Origin: Clostridia bacterium
GTDB taxonomy: Bacteria; Bacillota; Clostridia; RGIG6154
Direction of reading: 5' to 3'
Assembly (NCBI GenBank): GCA_045593265.1
Contig: JAZNWH010000131.1
Span: 9,422-73,421 of the forward strand
Length of the DNA stretch: 64,000 bases
This document shows positions 59,534 through 64,000 of the stretch, in pieces. The notes under the pieces are model-generated. The model was given only the letters and a program-made list of their open reading frames with translations. It did not search any database and was not told the origin of the DNA. Numbering within the stretch: the stretch's first letter is position 1; the number at the start of each line of letters is the position of its first letter. A program made the translations under genes and the position numbers.

Positions 59534-61654
59534 CTTACTGTGTATGTTCAGGCATACAGCGGTAGTGATACCGTAGGCACAGGGGAGAAAAACTCCCCTG
59601 TAGCAACCCTTGACAAGGCGCTTGACATTGTTGCTTCCAAAAAAGCAGAGGGTTACACCGACGTAGCTAATATTATAATGGGAGAAGGATGCTACGAGGT
59701 TTCACAAGCGATTGAAGTTAACAAATCTGATGTACCGGCAGGAGGGCTTAATATTGCAGCTGCTTATGGAGAAAAACCTGTATTAAATGGCGGTGTTGAA
59801 TACAATATAAGCGAAGCAATAAAAGTAGAAGAAGCGCAAACATTAGGCAGACTTCATAGTGAAAATGCTAAAAGTAATCTTTACGAACTTGATTTAACAA
59901 CAAAAATTTCTTTAAACGATATTCCGTCTGTAAGCTATCCGGGTGCGTACAACTTAAATTCAATGCTTTCAAGCGTAGGACTTGAAAATCCGTCTTCTGC
60001 GACCTGTGAAGCAATTTTTGATGGTAATCTTATGACAGTGGCAAGATATCCCAATGATGGTTATGCTTATGTAGGTGAAGTTGCAGACAGTGGTATTGAA
60101 GGCAGATTTATGGAAAGTTCATTTGACGGAACTGAGAATGATTTAGATTTGTCAACGGAAAACCTCTTAAAGGGCTTTGAATTTAAACTGGATTATGAAA
60201 ATCTTGGAAATTGGACAACCGCAGATCAGGCACTTATTTTCGGTTATTTTAAGCACGATTGGGCAACACAGACTGTTCCTTTAAAGGAAATTAATGTTGA
60301 AAATGGTACCCTTCGTTCAAAATATCCGAGCTATTATGGCATAAAGGAAGGAAAGAGATATTATGTCTATAACCTTCTTGAAGAAATAGATATGCCCGGA
60401 GAATATTTTATTGACAGAACAACCGGTAAAATGTATTTTTATATGCCGAATGAAGCCGATAGCGAAAGCACAATTACACTTTCAATGTTAACAGATTCTA
60501 TGATTCAATTAAAATATGTAAGCAATGTAAAAGTGGACGGGCTTACATTCGAAGCATCGTTAGGTAGCGGTGTTCAGATTGGTGCATGCAGAGATACGAT
60601 AGTTGAAAACTGCGAATTCAGAAATATGGCATCATCTGTAATTAATATTTATGCTAAAAATTGCATTGCCAGAAATAATTATATTCACGACACTAACGGC
60701 GGTATTGTTGTCGGCAGTGAAAGTCCCGATGATGAAAAATATTTACTGAGCGGTAATAATCTTGTTACAAATAACCATATCACAAGATTCTCACGGCTTG
60801 ACAAGGTTTATGTTGAAGGAATTTATCTGATAAACGGAGTTGGCAATATAGTAACTCATAATAAAATCCATGATGGTGAACATCTTGCAATAACTTTTCA
60901 CGGACAGAATCACGAAATCAGCTATAATGAGATTTATGATGTGCTTAAAGAATGTGATGATGCAGGTGCGATTTATGTAGGAAAAACATGGATTGACAGA
61001 GGAAATAAGATTACGAATAACTATTTCCACGATATCAGCTCTGATATTACGGAAACGACAAATTCCGTTGCAGGTATTTTCTTAGATGACCATTATGCCG
61101 GAGCGTATATTGAAGGAAATGTATTTGCAAATATTGCAGGACACGGTGTACGCGGCAACCAGGGACGTGAGCATTATATAGCAAACAACCTGTTTGTAGG
61201 CTGTACGCAGGGCGGCGTTTATATGAAGGATGCTTCTGGCAAGGAAGAGGATTATACGACCCAGAAAAATAAGCTTGATGCGTCATATTATCAGACTTTA
61301 GTGTGGCAGACTGCATTTCCTGCTCTTTATAACATAATGAATAATTCACCATATCATTCCGTTGATCATATTTATACGAGAAATGTTACTGTAAACTGCG
61401 CAACGGATGTCGACAATTATACATCAGCAGTTAATTCAGGTGTTTTGGTTGATGTCGGCGGCTCATATTACGATAAATTCTCTTATGATAATGCGGATAT
61501 AGAAAATGGTGCTGAAGGCATTTCAAATAATAAAAAACTTGAAAGCACCGATGCAAGCTATGCATCAATCCTTGAGGGTAATTATGCAGTAAATGCTGAT
61601 ATGGTTAGTATAACAGGATTTAAAACGATTGATTTTGCAAATATGATAAAGTAG
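59534..61654 (+). CDS. Module gene B paralog, C-terminal parallel beta-helix part; same frame as 56174-59533
   Basis: LTVYVQAYSGSD..GEKNSPVATL, DDAGAIY, GIFLDD; no signal peptide or SD; colinear with the C-terminal third of 16041-22370. Confidence 0.7.
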   Translation, partial: LTVYVQAYSGSDTVGTGEKNSPVATLDKALDIVASKKAEGYTDVANIIMGEGCYEVSQAIEVNKSDVPAGGLNIAAAYGEKPVLNGGVEYNISEAIKVEEAQTLGRLHSENAKSNLYELDLTTKISLNDIPSVSYPGAYNLNSMLSSVGLENPSSATCEAIFDGNLMTVARYPNDGYAYVGEVADSGIEGRFMESSFDGTENDLDLSTENLLKGFEFKLDYENLGNWTTADQALIFGYFKHDWATQTVPLKEINVENGTLRSKYPSYYGIKEGKRYYVYNLLEEIDMPGEYFIDRTTGKMYFYMPNEADSESTITLSMLTDSMIQLKYVSNVKVDGLTFEASLGSGVQIGACRDTIVENCEFRNMASSVINIYAKNCIARNNYIHDTNGGIVVGSESPDDEKYLLSGNNLVTNNHITRFSRLDKVYVEGIYLINGVGNIVTHNKIHDGEHLAITFHGQNHEISYNEIYDVLKECDDAGAIYVGKTWIDRGNKITNNYFHDISSDITETTNSVAGIFLDDHYAGAYIEGNVFANIAGHGVRGNQGREHYIANNLFVGCTQGGVYMKDASGKEEDYTTQKNKLDASYYQTLVWQTAFPALYNIMNNSPYHSVDHIYTRNVTVNCATDVDNYTSAVNSGVLVDVGGSYYDKFSYDNADIENGAEGISNNKKLESTDASYASILEGNYAVNADMVSITGFKTIDFANMIK

Positions 61655-61675
61655 GAGAGTATTCTCCTACTTTAT
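61646..61675 (+). terminator. 13-bp hairpin overlapping the stop codon (intra-operon stem-loop)
   Basis: ATAAAGTAGGAGA-GTAT-TCTCCTACTTTAT. Confidence 0.5.
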
Positions 61676-61734
61676 ATGACGATGGAACAAACGGTTCGTC
61701 GTGAACTGCCGAACCTACAACAACGGAGGTTAAT

Positions 61735-64000
61735 ATGAAAACTAACAGAATTATTGCAATGCTTATAGCGGTATCAATGATAATATCGCTTACTGTATTG
61801 CCTGTATCGGCAGATGATACAAAATTTAAAAAATATATAATCAAAGACAGTTTCGACACTGATCTCGGCAACTGGGCTGTAGGTCAGGGCGAAGAAGCTG
61901 CTGTCAATAATATGTCTGTCGAAAGAGTTACTCTTGAAGACGGTACAACAGCACTTAAGCTTTCTCGTTTTACTACATCACCGGGTGGCTTTTCTCCGGT
62001 TGTAAATGTTTTAAGTAACCCGCTTTATTTCAATCCTGAAAACAAAGTAGTTATCAGAGGCAGAATAAAGCATATGGGTAATGGTGCTGACGATCCACTT
62101 GGAAGATTATACTTTAAAATTAACAGACCTGATGCATCAAATCAAGGAATTGGTACATCTCATTCTAACGGTAATGAACTCGGTCATGACTGGTATACAG
62201 CCTTCGATCTTGAGCCAAACGGATTTTTTAATATGAAAAGAAGTGCATGGAGTGCCAGAGATGAAGTAAAAGATGTTCTTTCAAGTGACAGCACACTTGA
62301 TAAATGGATGGAATTTGAAATGGTTTTCTCGGGTGGAGAAAGTTATACAATATCAGTAACCGAAGAGGGCGGAGCAACTTATAATTCAACAGGTACTATC
62401 AGTCAGCCTGCCTTTCTTAAGAACGAGGTATATATTCCTTATACATATTATTTCTATGGTTCTGATGTTGAGCCCGTTACAGCTTTTGAAAGATTTGACA
62501 GCTTTACATTTCTTTTAAGAGATGCGGTAGACACAGCCTATATTGATTATTTTGAAGTTTATGAAGAAAAAGACTTTGTTGCAGCATCTGCAGACCTTGA
62601 AGTTAACTATATAAGAACAACAGATTCACTTACAGTTGCTTTTGCATCTAACGAGGATATTGATGCGATACCTGAAGGTGCAGTGTATATTGAAGGTGTA
62701 GAGTCAATTGTTACTTATGATAAGGCAACAAAAAAAGTAACTCTTAAGCCGAAAGCCGAGCTATCCCCTGGTGCTCATCATACAATCAAGGTAAATAGCA
62801 CACTTCTTGCTCAAAAAGAGGGTATTAATTACGAGGGAGCTACTGAATTTGGTTTTGATGTTTCAAATGTTAATGTAAGTGCTCTTACTCCTGATGGAAG
62901 AGTAATTCCTGATACAACTGTTACAGCAACATATACTTATACATCACCTGTTACTGAGGGTAATCACATTTATCAGTGGCAGCAGGCTGCGACAGCTGAT
63001 GGAGTGTTTACCGATATTGATGGTGCAACATCAAAAGATTTTGTTATAACAAATGAACAGGTAGGAAAGTATCTGAGATTTACTATGATACCTGTTGATG
63101 CAAACGGAACTTCAGGATTTATAACTACTTCTTCTGTTCTTGCTCCTGAAACAGCACCGGTTGCAGATAATGTTCAGATTAGTACATCAACACTTTTCTC
63201 GGGAATTTACATAAGCGCTCTTTACGATTATTCCGATGAAAACGGAGATAAAGAAGGAGAAACAGATGTAAGATGGTATACATCAGATTCTGCGGACAGC
63301 ACTGAATGGAATGAGGTTAAGGTTGGAAGAACCTACTTTATTGAAAATTCAGATGCAGGTAAGTATATTAAATGCAGTGTAACTCCTATAGCTGTTTCGC
63401 AGCTTGAAACAAGAGGACAGACCGTTGAGTCTACTGTAGTAGGTCCCGTTGTTGATTTGCTTGAAACAACAAATATGTTTGAAGACCCAAGTTTTGAAAT
63501 GGGAAGATGGCAGGAGCCATGGACACATTGTACAACTTATGGTTGGATTGGTCCTGATGTTCATTCAAAGGATGCATATACCGGTACATATTCAGTACAT
63601 ATGCCTCCCCGTGCATCTGTACATGATTACTATGGACAGTCTTTAAACTATACAAAGGGTAAAACCTATGTTTTAGGGGCGTGGGCTAAAAAATCAAACC
63701 CAAAAAATCAGGATATTACGGGTGTGTCTCTATATATGCCGTCTACAACAGCTTTTGAAGCTGCGCCATCGAATAAAAATTTGTATACACTGAATGAAAG
63801 ATGGCAACATATTGTGTTTGCTACTACATGTTTAATCGGCACAAGCACTACTGCGAGCTTCGTTACATACCAGGCGTTGACCACAGGTGACGCTTACCTT
63901 GATGATTACTATTGCGGAGAGCTTCTGGTAGGAGATATTCATACCTATGATGTTGAACCTATTACTGTACCTGTTAGCGGAGAATCCAAGCTTACCATAA
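61735..64000 (+). CDS. Module gene C paralog (3'-truncated by window edge; absent from the ORF track)
   Basis: GGAGG RBS; signal peptide MKTNRIIAMLIAVSMIISLTVLPVSA; YIIKDSFD..RLYFKINRP..YIDYFEVYE domain; YDYSDENGDKEG Ig repeat; TNMFEDPSFE CBM-like region; YLDDYYCGEL matches YIDDMYVGEL of 22408-26481. Confidence 0.8.
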   Translation, partial: MKTNRIIAMLIAVSMIISLTVLPVSADDTKFKKYIIKDSFDTDLGNWAVGQGEEAAVNNMSVERVTLEDGTTALKLSRFTTSPGGFSPVVNVLSNPLYFNPENKVVIRGRIKHMGNGADDPLGRLYFKINRPDASNQGIGTSHSNGNELGHDWYTAFDLEPNGFFNMKRSAWSARDEVKDVLSSDSTLDKWMEFEMVFSGGESYTISVTEEGGATYNSTGTISQPAFLKNEVYIPYTYYFYGSDVEPVTAFERFDSFTFLLRDAVDTAYIDYFEVYEEKDFVAASADLEVNYIRTTDSLTVAFASNEDIDAIPEGAVYIEGVESIVTYDKATKKVTLKPKAELSPGAHHTIKVNSTLLAQKEGINYEGATEFGFDVSNVNVSALTPDGRVIPDTTVTATYTYTSPVTEGNHIYQWQQAATADGVFTDIDGATSKDFVITNEQVGKYLRFTMIPVDANGTSGFITTSSVLAPETAPVADNVQISTSTLFSGIYISALYDYSDENGDKEGETDVRWYTSDSADSTEWNEVKVGRTYFIENSDAGKYIKCSVTPIAVSQLETRGQTVESTVVGPVVDLLETTNMFEDPSFEMGRWQEPWTHCTTYGWIGPDVHSKDAYTGTYSVHMPPRASVHDYYGQSLNYTKGKTYVLGAWAKKSNPKNQDITGVSLYMPSTTAFEAAPSNKNLYTLNERWQHIVFATTCLIGTSTTASFVTYQALTTGDAYLDDYYCGELLVGDIHTYDVEPITVPVSGESKLTI

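Noticed and set aside
59531-59565. Confident selenocysteine call
   Set aside because: The position is an interdomain linker rather than a redox motif, the hairpin does not clearly fit the bacterial SECIS consensus, and no sel genes are in view; kept only as an alternative.
1001-63655. Numerous 60-170 aa ORFs overlapping long genes on alternate frames or strands
   Set aside because: Shadow ORFs without RBS or recognisable motifs.
1-64000. Genome-wide TGA reassignment (code 4/25)
   Set aside because: All other genes are full length under code 11, Trp is encoded by TGG, and TGA ends genes at natural positions (2316, 40763, 46093).

Overview
AT-rich Firmicutes (Clostridia-like) chromosomal window dominated by glycan-utilisation genes; no rRNA, tRNA or CRISPR array seen. 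It holds three paralogous copies of a four-gene secreted/cell-surface module: the tail of one at the left edge, a complete copy at 11972-29178, and a third from 53382 running off the right edge. The module is built from parallel beta-helix enzymes, repeated lectin-like/Ig domains and S-layer anchors. Around it lie cytoplasmic sugar enzymes (GH20, GH3, GH38, a clan GH-D-like hydrolase, PIG-L deacetylase, ketose 3-epimerase, FGGY kinase, PMI), an atypical glycyl radical enzyme with its activase, a trxB-ccdA-tlpA-crp-trxA redox cluster and five AraC regulators. Unusual non-coding signals: (i) a ~175-nt structured element between duplicated Shine-Dalgarno motifs in front of two unrelated genes, plus a partial third copy with compensatory changes; (ii) a promoter-preceded nested ATGAATTG/CAATTCAT hairpin array; (iii) two start-less tyrosine-integrase C-terminal fragments differing only at synonymous sites; (iv) a near-identical 175-bp att-like direct repeat 27.9 kb apart; (v) an in-frame TGA followed by a hairpin in a giant surface-enzyme gene. 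All family calls come from reading motifs by eye; no database searches were run.
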